A DNA stretch of 64,000 nt. It comes from Podarcis melisellensis (lineage: Eukaryota). The DNA lies in NCBI GenBank assembly GCA_964234715.1, contig OZ174282.1, one strand, 5' to 3'. A program made the translations under genes and the position numbers. Positions 26,129 through 37,565 of the stretch are shown in pieces (position 1 is the first letter of the stretch; every line of letters begins with the position of its first letter). Below the pieces are notes generated by a model. That model saw only the letters and a list, made by a program, of their open reading frames with translations, was not told the DNA's origin and ran no database searches.

Positions 26129-27595
26129 TAGTTACTGATTTATAAGTGGTTTTTTTAAACAGCGTATAGGATTAAAAGGGAGTGGGGAAGGTCTGATATG
26201 TGGTGTTTGCCTTTCTCAGTAGATAGTTGAGGAAAACCACACATGCCGAATTAAAAAAAAATGCAGCAGAGTGCAGGTTTTTGCCATGTGCACACGCCTT
26301 TTCTAGATAAATGTCTTCCTGTGACTTTAAGAATGTCTGCAAAATGAGTCAGCTCAGCTACAGGAGGCGTCAGACAGGCCAGGCAGACTGAGGGAGATGG
26401 GTGGGGGAGGGTGATGGCAAGGGAGGAGGTGGAGGGAGTGCGCTCAGAGGACAGAACAGCCACAGTCTGGGCTCTCAGCCTCCTGGCTAGACTGTAGAAA
26501 CTTCTAATGGAGCTCCTGAGCTCAGCTCTCCACCCTCCCCTTCCTGAAGCTTGGCTGGAGGGGAGGGGAGGGGGGAACCTGGCTGGCTTTTTTGTCATCC
26601 TCTTCCACTGCACAGTGACCTTGCCTGCAAATAGCACACAGGAATTCAGAAGGGGCGTCTTACACTTGGAGTATTGGTACAGGCAGAAAATGAGTGTACA
26701 CATGAATGAATGAATAAAATATATAAATAAATAAATCAGAGTAGGAATCTCATTCTGTTGCAACACAGTTTTTCGTTCTGTGCTGAAAAACATGTCTTGG
26801 TGTGCTGTTTTAATATAAATCAGAGAGAGCTTATTCTGTCCTCCCCCCCCCCCACTTTCATTTCATCTGATTGCTTCTTTTGCAGTCTCCAAACATTTTC
26901 ATCAAGGTAGCAGGCAAGTGGGTATATTTTTTTTAGGAAGGTGCCCCTCTTGGGGGTGGGGGTGAACTATGTGGATAAACAAGGAAGAAATTATCCAGTT
27001 ACTCTGAACTGTGTCTGTATCAATGTGACATAAGGAAATTAGTGATCACTTTGTGTGTAAAGTGTTCACATAAAGCAGAATTCAGACATTGAATATTAAA
27101 AGGTGGACAGGTTGAAAATGTACATAGTGTGAAATGAGGAAATTAGAGATTTTAAAGTGTTTTTACATAAACACTTAAGCAAAAATTTTAGTCTTAAAAT
27201 ATATGCATAGGGGACAAGTAGATATGGTTTTACGTTTTCTGCTTTAAAATATTTTAAATTTTCCCTTCCCTGGACAAGTTTTAAAAAATAATGATTTGAC
27301 CTATTGCATTACAGGATTTCCTAACTTTTTAATTTAATTTAATTTTTAAAGAGTACTTCACTCTGAGTTCAGGGTTACATTGGAGTTCCATTTCTGAAAT
27401 ATTTTCACCCCTTTAAAATACCGTATTTTTCGCTCCATAGGACGCACTTTTTCCCCTCCAAAAATGAAGGGGAAATGTGTGTGCGTCCTATGGAGCGAAT
27501 GCAGGCTCCCTGGCTTCAGCGATAGCAAGGCAAAGCCTCGAAGCCTGCGCTCCGGAGGCTTCCCGTTGCTTCCGCTGAAGCCAGGAGAGTCTGCT

Positions 27596-28115
27596 CTTTG
27601 AGGCTGGCGGGGGGAAAGCAGCGCTTCCCCCATCGCCAGCCCCAGAGGATGGGGGGCAGCAGGAAGGCGCGCAATGCCTTCCCGCACCTCCCCAACCTGC
27701 CTTTGAGGCTGGCGGGGGGAAAGCAGCGCTCCCCCCATCGCCAGCCCCAGAGGATGGGGGGCAGCAGGAAGGCGCGCAATGCCTTCCCGCACCTCCCCAA
27801 CCTGCCTTTGAGGCTGGCGGGGGGAAAGCAGCGCTCCCCCCATCGCCAGCCCCAGAGGATGGGGGGCAGCAGGAAGGCGCGCAATGCCTTCCCGCACCTC
27901 CCCAACCTGCCTTTGAGGCTGGCGGGGGGAAAGTAGCGCTCCCCCCATCGCCAGCCCCAGAGGATGGGGGGCAGCAGGAAGGCGCGCAATGCCTTCCCGC
28001 ACCTCCCCAACCTGCCTTTGAGGCTGGCGGGGGGAAAGCAGCGCTTCCCCCATCGCCAGCCCCAGAGGATGGGGGGCAGCAGGAAGGCGCGCGACGCCTT
28101 CCCGCTACTCTCCAA
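27596..28115. repeat. 105-bp GC-rich tandem repeat, ~4.9 units
   Basis: ctttgaggctggcgggggg starts at 27596, 27701, 27806, 27911 and 28016. Confidence 0.97.
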
Positions 28116-28120
28116 CCCTC

Positions 28121-29080
28121 CTGCAGGCTTTTGCGGGAGATGGGGGAATTCCCCCACCTCCCGCAAAAGCAGGCAAAAGCCGTGCGCTCTTTAAAGAGGC
28201 TGCACGGCTTTGCTGGCTTTTGCGGGAGGTGGGGGAATTCCCCCACCTCGCAGAAAAGCCTGCAAGAGCCCCGCAGCCTTTAAAGAGCGCACGGCTCTTG
28301 GGGGCTTTTCCCCAAGGAGGGAGAAGGGACTGACTGGCCGAGTCAGTCCCTTCTCCCTCCTGCAGGCTTTTGCGGGAGATGGGGGAATTCCCCCACCTCC
28401 CGCAAAAGCAGGCAAAAGCCGTGCGCTCTTTAAAGAAGCTCCGTGGCTTCTGCTGGCTTTTCTAGGAGGTGGGGGAATTCCCCCACCTCGCAGAAAAGCC
28501 TGCAAGAGCCCCGCAGCCTTTAAAGAGCGCACGGCTCTTGGGGGCTTTTCCCCAAGGAGGGAGAAGGGACTGACTGGCCGAGTCAGTCCCTTCTCCCTCC
28601 TGCAGGCTTTTGCGGGAGATGGGGGAATTCCCCCACCTCCCGCAAAAGCAGGCAAAAGCCGTGCGCTCTTTAAAGAAGCTCCGTGGCTTCTGCTGGCTTT
28701 TCTAGGAGGTGGGGGAATTCCCCCACCTCGCAGAAAAGCCTGCAAGAGCCCCGCAGCCTTTAAAGAGCGCACGGCTCTTGGGGGCTTTTCCCCAAGGAGG
28801 GAGAAGGGACTGACTGGCCGAGTCAGTCCCTTCTCCCTCCTGCAGGCTTTTGCGGGAGATGGGGGAATTCCCCCACCTCCCGCAAAAGCAGGCAAAAGCC
28901 GTGCGCTCTTTAAAGAAGCTCCGTGGCTTCTGCTGGCTTTTCTAGGAGGTGGGGGAATTCCCCCACCTCGCAGAAAAGCCTGCAAGAGCCCCGCAGCCTT
29001 TAAAGAGCGCACGGCTCTTGGGGGCTTTTCCCCAAGGAGGGAGAAGGGACTGACTGCCGTTTCAGTCCCTTCTCCCTCCT
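28121..29080. repeat. 240-bp palindrome-rich tandem repeat, 4 units
   Basis: ctgcaggcttttgcgggagatggggg starts at 28121, 28360, 28600 and 28840; units 2-4 nearly identical. Confidence 0.97.
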
Positions 29081-29589
29081 GATCGAAAAGCCCGCAGGAG
29101 TCAAGCGGGGCTCCTGTGGGCTTTTGCGGGAGGTGGGGGAATTCCCCCACCTCGCGCAAAAGCAGGGAGGTCTTGGAGTAGCGCACAGCTGCGTGCAGCC
29201 TGTCCACTGCTCCCAGAGCGGGGGGGGGAATCATATTTTTTCCTTGATTTCCCCCCCTGAAAACTAGGTGCGTCCTATGGTCCGGTGCGTCCAATCGTGC
29301 GAAAAATACGGTAACCTTTTCACAATAAACACTGTCCAGACATTATGCCCAAACAGGAAATATCATCTAGTATTGGGGCATTGGGGCCGTATTTACCAGC
29401 CCTGACTTCTCTGATGTTGACCTTCTCATTCTCAGCAAGGAGACTGAAAGGGGATTATCATCATTCACTTGAATGCGAGTAGAAGCCTCTCTGCAATTGG
29501 TAACCCTGATGAAACAGGTTTCTTCATACCACAGAGGCCTCTACACATATTCAAATGAACACAGACCTTCCCTGCTCAACACATGATGA

Positions 29590-29993
29590 TGTTATTATTT
29601 GATCACCTTTTATACATCTCAAAATGATTTACAAAGGTATTATAAACAGCCAAAAATAGCTTTAAAAACAACTGAATATATATTTTAAAAAACAATACAA
29701 AGTGAACACCCAAGACAAAGACCCTTTCATCCAGCTGGAAAACTTGTACAAACAAAAAAGTCTTCAGTTGTTTGCAGAAGTGCAGATAAGTAGGCGCCTG
29801 TCATGCTGTTGCACCAAAGAGGGGTGCTCTAAATTACTGTGGAGTGAGCTTCTGATACTTTTGGACTTGAAAGAGAAACTCCCGCATAACACAGTGACCT
29901 GGGTATATAAGGGATAAGGTGGTCTCTCAGGTAACCTGGACCTGAGTTGTATAGGGCTTTATTTGTTAGTACCAAAACCTTGAACTTGGCCCC
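29590..29993 (-). mobile_element. L2 LINE 3' fragment, degenerate
   Basis: Minus-strand translation AKFKVLVLTNKALYNSGPGYLRDHL resembles the L2 ORF2 C-terminal motif; L2-like tail near 29590-29630. Confidence 0.7.
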
Positions 29994-30734
29994 AACATAG
30001 GTTGATATTTCCTTTTTGTGGCGTAACACCTGAACACACTTCTGTCAGATGACTCAAATAGCTACGGGGAGGGAGTAAACGTCGGTGTTATTGACTGTTC
30101 ATCTCCTGCTTTCTTGCTGATTTTACAAACAAATTGGCTTCTTGTTACTGAATCCTGAAGTTAACCTTTAGCCAGTATATTAAAAGGACAGATTCACAGA
30201 AGCAGGTTGTTCCACCTGCTTTCTTTCACTACCCTTTATTGTGTAATCTGTGACTGTGCCAGATGCTTCTTCAGACGTATATTAGAAATGTGTAATGTGT
30301 AAGAAAGGGAAAATTGATTATGCAGAAGTGGCTTTAATTAAAACTTGTTTTTCACGTCTGCTCTCCTTTGTTTATGTCTGTGTGGCAAGGCAACGCCACT
30401 CCCTGTAGTGGGAACTTCTTGGAGAAGTTCAGCTGCTGGTGCAATCAAAGGTAATTTTGTTTGTGCAAGATATTTATCTCTGAAGCAATGGCGAAGAATA
30501 GGGGTTAAGGAGAGGACAGGAGGCAGAAAGCACAGTGCCTCCACCTGACTGTCAATCCTTATAACTTTTTAATGGCTTCCTAATGGAGTCCAATGCCATT
30601 CTGTCTTGAGGTTTCCTGAAGTACATTGGTTACTGCAGTTCTACAGTGACTTAAGGAATGAATGACAGCAAGCACTGATCCAAATAGTTGATGCATCAAT
30701 TTGAGCATTTACCATTTAGTAGCTGCCTAATTCC

Positions 30735-31108
30735 GGGACGCAGGTGGCGCTGTGGGTTAAAGCCTCAGCTCCTAGGACTTGCCGATCGAAAGGTCGGCGG
30801 TTCGAATCCCTGCGGCGGGGTGCGCTCCCGCTGCTCGGTCCCAGCGCCTGCCAACCTAGCAGTTCGAAAGCACCTCCGGGTGCAAGTAGATAAATAGGGA
30901 CCGCTTACCAGCGGGAAGGTAAATGGCGTTTCCGTGTGCGGCTCTGGCTCGCCAGAGCAGCGATGTCACGCTGGCCACGTGACCCGGAAGTGTCTCCGGA
31001 CAGCGCTGGCCCCTGGCCTCTTAAGTGAGATGGGCGCACAACCCCAGAGTCTGTCAAGACTGGCCTGTACGGGCAGGGGTACCTTTACCTTTACCTTTAC
31101 CTTTACCT
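30735..31108 (+). mobile_element. Sauria SINE, full length and young
   Basis: Intact head, ggttcgaatccc box, CpGs preserved, (ACCTTT)4+ tail, 14-bp TSD tagctgcctaattc (30720-30733 and 31109-31122). Confidence 0.96.
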
Positions 31109-31519
31109 TAGCTGCCTAATTCAGCATCCCCTCACTTGTTTCTGCATGTGTTTCAGTTGGGCATCAAAGCATATTCTACCCAAAGTGCAATTCTTCTGGG
31201 GGAGACTGGGACAATGTCCCAATTTGGGGATAGTGGTTTAGGTAATTAGAACTGTTCCCACATTACATTGGTAAAAGAAGTAACCCAACTCTATGAGTTA
31301 TTGAGTGGCGTTCATACATCTTGTTGTTGGAAGCTAATGAGATGCAATCTTGCAAGAATTTACCCTTGGCTACTAGGGGACTCTTGAGAGTGGCTAGGCT
31401 TTTGCAACACATGCCGAGTTGTTCAAGGCAACTGCTTATGATGGATTTAAAAATAATAATTGTAATTGATAGTGACAAAAATTAACTGTGTCCAGGATAG
31501 CCCCAGTGTGAGATGTTAG

Positions 31520-31637
31520 CCACTCCAGGTCTACACTGACTGGACAGTGGCTCTCCAGGAGTCCTTCCAGCTGTACCTGAGATTCTAGAGAATGAACATG
31601 ACACTATTTCCATGCAGACTCTGCCACTGAATTATGG
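31520..31637 (-). mobile_element. tRNA-derived SINE remnant
   Basis: gtctacactgactggacagtggctctccagg...tacctgagattctagagaatgaac...ctctgccactgaattatgg. Confidence 0.55.
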
Positions 31638-31930
31638 ATTTCCTAGCCACACTAGAGTTGTTTCAGTGAGGAATGTGCCAGTTTTCAAGGAAGGCGGCTC
31701 AGTTTTAGCTTTCAGGTGCAGACTGTGACAACATAACCAAATTTTGTTGGTTTGGGCAATTCATGACACCCTTGAGTTGATAATTGAGGTTTCATTTTGT
31801 TTTGGGCAAAGCCGTAAATAAATACTAGGCAAATAACAGTTGGGAATGTCACCACCTAAAACATTCGGGACAAACATTTCTGCTCTTTCTCTGGGTTCTC
31901 CAGACTGCTTGGTAAATGCCAACCAGCAAT

Positions 31931-32286
31931 ATAGGAAGCCGCCTTATGTAGAGTCATGCCACTGGTCTATCTAGCTCTATATTGTCTACACTAGGAGCAG
32001 CTCTCCAGGGTTTCGGACTCAGAGGATATTCCCAGCACCACCCGGAGATGCCAGGGATTGAACCTAGGACCTTCTGCATGCAAGGTGGGTGCTCTAACCA
32101 CTGAGCTACGACCCTTCCCTTAAGACATAGGAAGCTGCCTTATACTGAATCTGTCTAGCTCAGTATTGTCTGCATGCCAAGGTTTCATGAAGGGGTCTCT
32201 CCTGGCCCTACCTGGAGATGACAGGGATTGAACTTAGGACCTTCTGCATGTGAAGCATGCTCTATTGCTGAGCTATGGCACTTTCC
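31931..32286 (-). mobile_element. Two tandem copies of the tRNA-derived SINE with CR1-like tail (~31931-32119 and ~32125-32286)
   Basis: ataggaagc.gccttat ... gggattgaac.taggaccttctgcatg ... ctgagcta.g twice. Confidence 0.85.
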
Positions 32287-32394
32287 CACCTGGGTAATGT
32301 TGTTTCAGCCTCACCAGGGAAATTTGAGAGGGCTTAAGACCTCTAATTTTTTGTGTGTGTGCAACAGATTCTCTTCTTGATTACCTCTTTTTGT

Positions 32395-33201
32395 TTCTCT
32401 TTTAATGGCCATTACCAAAATACTTTTACAATGAATTTTTTGTCTTTTCTTCTAACCTCAGTGGGTCATAGTGACTTTAAAACTTCTAGAAGTATATCCT
32501 AGTCAGTTCCGTCTAGACTATTTCATTATCTAATCTGATAATCACAACAAGGTGGAATGTCTGTGGAACTTTGTATCTCATTTTTACAGTTTCATAATTA
32601 TCACTTCAAGATCACTGTCAAAGTACACCACCTATCTATATCCCTATTTGCAGCTATATTGTGAGGTGGGTTCTTGTGCCCATTTTACATATGAGAAACT
32701 GAGCTTTACTTTAATGGTAATCTAAGACCACAGGCATGACTTTCTCTTTAAATGCCCATTACCAAAATACTTTTACAATGAATTTTTTGTCTTTTCTTCT
32801 AACCCCAATGGGTCATAGTGACTCTAAAACTGCTAGAAGTATATCCTAGTCAGTTCCGTCTAGACTATTTTTTGTCTTTTCTTCTAACCCCAATGGGTCA
32901 TAGTGACTTTAAAACTGCTAGAAGTATATCCTAGTCAGTTCTGTCTAGACTATTTCATTATCTAATCTGATAATCACAACAAGTGGAATGTCTGTGGAAC
33001 TTTGTATCTCATTTTTACAGTTTCATAATTATCACTTCAAGATCACTGTCAAAGTACACCACCTATCTGTATCCCTCATTGCAGCTACTTTGTGAGGTGG
33101 GTTCTTGTGCCCATTTTACATATGAGAAACTGAGCTTTACTTTAATGTAATTTAATGTTACTTTAAGTTTAAGGTAATCTAAGACCACAGGCATGACTTT
33201 C
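32395..33201. repeat. Local tandem duplication (period 347 bp) with a nested 85-bp re-duplication
   Basis: cattaccaaaatac at 32410 and 32757; gtcttttcttctaacc at 32789 and 32874; few substitutions between copies. Confidence 0.95.
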
Positions 33202-33365
33202 AGGTGTGACTTTTACACCCCTAATGTACAACCTCTTACCTTTAACTTGCTCAATTATTAATTACTGAAACTAAGATATATTAGTAATCCAGATAATTTT
33301 GTAATGGTATAGAAATGCAAAAGGAATGCCACATGTCAGAATGAATGCCACATGTATATTTGGAA

Positions 33366-33684
33366 AAAGTAACCCTGGATGGTTAATTCCAGTCAAAGGC
33401 GACTATGGGGTGCGGCGTTCATCTCGCTTCAGGCCGAGGGAGCCGGCATTTGTCCACAGACAGCTTTCCGGGTCATGTGGCCTGCATGACTAAACTGCTT
33501 CTGGCGCAACAGAACACCATGACAGAAGCCAGAGCACACGGAAACACTGTTTACCTTCCTGCCACAGCGATACCTATTTATCTACTTGCATTAGTGTGCT
33601 TTCGAAGTGCTAGGTTGGCAGAAACTGGGACAGAGCAATGGGAGCTCACCACTGTCACACAGATTCGAACCGCCGATCTTCTGA
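33366..33684 (-). mobile_element. Sauria SINE, slightly 5' truncated
   Basis: Reverse complement of the SINE body: ggccgagggagccggc...gggtcatgtggcc...tttaccttcc...gctaggttggcag...gattcgaaccgccga. Confidence 0.9.
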
Positions 33685-35408
33685 ATGTGGCTATACCAAG
33701 TTCAGTGAAATCTGTGTTTATTTCCTAAGGTCCCTAGTGGTGCTGTCTATAACACCACAGGTTCTTTTTGAGATTTTAACACCAGCCCAAGCTAGGATGG
33801 GTCTAACAGGGTGCAATAATCTATTCTTTTCAACCCACACACCCATGAATTTGGTGTAGGGCAGGGTGGAAAGAGGCAAGAGAGAGTACCAACACAGGTT
33901 AAAGATCTAGGCACGTGTGGAATGCAGGGGTTATCTGACCCCCTGCAAAACCTCTGTGCAAATGAATTCTTAGACTAACCTTGGAGAATTTATGAACCAA
34001 TATCTGTGAATAGCGGTATCTGAAAAGCAATTTTGTCTTGATAAATGAGGGGCGGGTGCACAACCAAGTCTGGGTGGAATCGCTCAGTGATGACAAAGCC
34101 TGGAAAGATTTATTTAGGCAAGTTGCAGTAATGATTTACTATGATAATGGTCATCTACACATTCAGAATACGTTCTCTTATGCATGCTGAGGAATTTGGG
34201 TGTACAGTAGACGATTCCTTCCCTCACTACAATTTAATTCATAAATATTTCCCTTTGTGGGGGCGGGGAGAAGGGAAGGTCTCCCACCTTGTCAGCTTGC
34301 TTTTCTACTCTCTGTATGTACATATCCACCAGAAGGAAGCAAAATGGTAAAGGGAATAAATTATTAGATCTGTGGAAAACGGTACCAGTTTCAAATGAAA
34401 AATGGCACATCATTCACTCTAGGAACAGCCAAGCATCCTCTACTTGAATTTGGGCCATTTAAAAAATGTTTTGAGAAGAGGGAGTGGAAGAAGCAGAGAG
34501 GTATGATGATTATATGCAGATTTCTTTTCTGAGCCTAGTTTTATTTCAGAAAGTTTTCAAGTATTATCAAAGTTGATTAAGAAATGTGCCTTGTTTTCCT
34601 TAAAAATAGGAGGCCATCTAATCTATATACCTACCTAGCAGGCTGTCTTGCCAGCCAGCCATCAGCATCTCTTTTTGAGTAACAAGCTATCATCTTCCAC
34701 AGTTGTTACCTTTTTGACAATACCATTTCCTTGAGAGGGCATCTAAAAGAAGCCGTGCTGAGTACTCGCTTACAAAAGGTTACATTGAACCAAGTCTCCT
34801 TAAGTGACATAATGAATATGAATACTGGGAGTAGGAAGCGTGCAAACAGTCATGAATCCTTGCTCAGTTCAAATGGAAAGATGGCAGAACCTGAGGGTTG
34901 TGTATGTATAGATCAAGCTAGCTAACATGGGAATCAACCTTATACCAGGTTAGATATATGGATGTTAAACAGCTTAGGGGACAGACTGTAGCGCTTCACA
35001 GCAAACTTCCACAAGACTCTCATGATCCTATTTTCTGGAAGCAACTCTGCAAGTAAGAGGGGAACCACCATAGCATTGTTCCTCCAACTCTCAACTCACA
35101 GAGACATGTCAGTAAGGTATAGTTACTCCAAAAAAGGTATTCCTCAAAGGGCCATACCTCTGTGGTATAGTTCACAGAGTAAGGGGCATTAGAAAAGTTC
35201 TGGTGGCAAAAGCTGTCCCTTTTCAATTCATGGTAGGGAGTTTTTTTATTCTGTTTTGCTGAAAACAATCTTGCCTCCTCCAGTTTCCATGCCACCCAGT
35301 TCAGAAAAATCCAGCATAAAGGGAAAGAAGATTCCTTAAACGGCAGTTCATGACCTTCCTTTTCTGTTTTTAGCTAACTACGGGTGCTTTTCATTGCTGA
35401 AAAGTATA

Positions 35409-35623
35409 CAGTGGTACCTCGGGTTAAGAACTTAATTCGTTCTGGAGGTCCATTCTTAACCTGAAACAGTTCTTAACCTGAGATACCACTTTAGGTAATG
35501 GGGCCTCCTGCTGCTGCCACGCAATTTCTGTTCTCATCCTGAAGCAAAGTTCTTAACCCGAAGTACTATTTCTGGGCTAGCGGAGTCTGTAACCTGAAGC
35601 GTCTGTAACCCGAGGTACCACTG
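35409..35623 (+). mobile_element. Tc1/mariner (Tigger/pogo-like) MITE, copy 3
   Basis: TA|cagtggtacctcgggtta...taacccgaggtaccactg|TA. Confidence 0.93.
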
Positions 35624-35763
35624 TATGGAGAAAGCAAAAGTTGCCTCTGTGCTTGCAGTTGTGTCTGGCCCTGTTGTGGGATGGACCACCCCAGGACTCA
35701 TCCAACTTTAGAATGTATCTGATCCAGATACTCATATTGTGGAACAGCCTCTGATTTGGTGTA

Positions 35764-35910
35764 AAGCTGCCCATCTAGCCTAGTATGGTCTATTCTGACA
35801 GGCAGCAGCTCTCAGGGATCTCAGTGAGAGAAGGATCTTTCTATACGCTTCTGCAGGTGCCAGGGATTGAACCTGAGATGCAGAGCAGGGGCACTTCTCG
35901 CTGAGCTATG
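35764..35910 (-). mobile_element. tRNA-derived SINE remnant
   Basis: ccatctagcctagtatggtc...gcagcagctctcaggg...gccagggattgaacctgag...ctgagctatg. Confidence 0.6.
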
Positions 35911-37565
35911 CAGAGTGCTAATTGTGTCAGTGAACTGTATGCTTGGATGGTTGTGGATTTTTTGAGCATGTAGCTCAGGGAAGGAAAAAAGAAAAGCCTT
36001 GTAACACAGTCACAGGCAGGGATTTTACTTTTTCCCTACCTTTTCTTGATCACATCAACCCCGACTTCTCAGAATCTGGGCATTAGAACCCTGATGAGAG
36101 TGAAAGAAGAATATTCTAAGCCTCAGACAAGCAGTGGCACGTACCATCTGCCCAGAGGGACCTATCCTTTGCTTCCCTTCCCATCTGCTGTCTCCGAAAA
36201 GCACTAATGGTTCTCAGACTTCAGTGAACAAAGAAGGGAATAATATCTTGGCAGCCCTGACCTTGTTTTTCTTAGCGTGCTTTTCTCTCTTCCCCCAACA
36301 GTGAGTTAGAGCTTTGGAAAATCGGGAAGACCAGAATAACTTAACCTGTCTTTCGTGTTCTGATAGTTTCAGAGTTGGACTCCAAACCAGGGTTCAGATC
36401 TCCCACTACGCCTTCAAGCCGAACCTATTTTGCAGCACAATTGTGAGGACAAATTAGAGGGTAGCAGGGAAGAGCTCCTTGGGAGAATGTAATGCAATGC
36501 ATCATAAGAAATAGTGCAAAACCACAGGGGTCATTGCAGAATGACACTGAACACTATAACTGGGCATTTGAGAGTAGTGCTAATATCTGGGTGGTTATGG
36601 AAGTGATCTCTGCCCAGATGCCATGGCATGGCTATGAGTCTTAACCTCAGCTGCAGCTTCTCTTGCCCTCTCCCTGCCTGTTTCCACATGTTTCTGTGTG
36701 CCTTGTATTTTGGATAGTTTGCTCTCTTTGCGAAAGGCTTTTGGAAGCAAAGGGGTACAACTTTCACAGAAAAGAAGGTGGTGCAGGGAGTGGGGGACCA
36801 AGCAAGGATAAACCCATATGGTTTTTGGTCAGTCATGGTGGAATGCTTCTGTGTTAATCTAGCTCTTTTGGTTTTCTGTAAATCTCCTCCCCACTCCCAA
36901 TCCCCCAGCACTTTGGGGAGGTGGGTGGGGGGTTGTGCCTCTACCTTAATTGTCTCTTGATGAGAAAACCAAGTGGCTCAGCACCTCCAGGCTTTTTGCC
37001 ACATTCTAGATCCTTCTCTGTACTTTTTCTCCCTCTCCCCCCCCCCCTTCCCTCTTCAGTGTTTGTGGAGCTGGAGACTGGCAAAGGTTTGCTGTTTTGT
37101 CGGTTTCTATGGAGCAGAGAAAACATAAGTCAGCCAGGCCTAGAAGATTTTTTTTTTTTTAATGAAGGCAGAAAAAAGGGGGGTGGAGAAATATGATCCC
37201 ACTGTACTCTACAGCCCAAATGTGGATTCCTTCTTCAATTGAAGGGAAAAGCATTTCCCTGTCTTTTCTCTCTCCCACACCCTTGCAGATAGAGTTGCCC
37301 AGTCCAGATGCTGAAAGTAATTTAGAAGGTGTGTTTTTTTAAAAAACAAAACAAAACTCAAAGGAGAAATTCCACAAGAGGTAGCTTCCTCCTCCATAGC
37401 ACCACTGTGATGGTGGGTAGGGACACACACAGCTGGTGAAACTGTAAGTTTTCTTTCTGTGTCTCTCTTACAACAGAGGAGCCTGGACAGGGTCCGGTTG
37501 GTGAGCTATATTTGCAGACCCTGGAGAGGTAGCAACATGCATAATCTAAAAGGGAAAGGTTTCTT

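Larger units (their letters stand above)
27421..29311. mobile_element. Tc2/pogo-like (Tc1/mariner superfamily) non-autonomous element carrying internal tandem arrays
   Basis: TA|ccgtatttttcgctccataggacgcac ... gtgcgtccaatcgtgcgaaaaatacgg|TA (24/27 TIR match); extra gtgcgtcctatgg subterminal copies at 27481 and ~29268; no transposase. Confidence 0.9.

Noticed and set aside
28121-29170. CRISPR-like appearance of regularly spaced palindromes
   Set aside because: The intervening sequences are themselves repeated rather than unique, there are no cas genes, and the context is eukaryotic
27358-29294. Long ORFs (216-367 aa) with 35-aa and 80-aa repeats on both strands
   Set aside because: Artefact of GC-rich 105-bp and 240-bp units (multiples of 3, stop-poor) inside a MITE; open in several frames; no domain recognised
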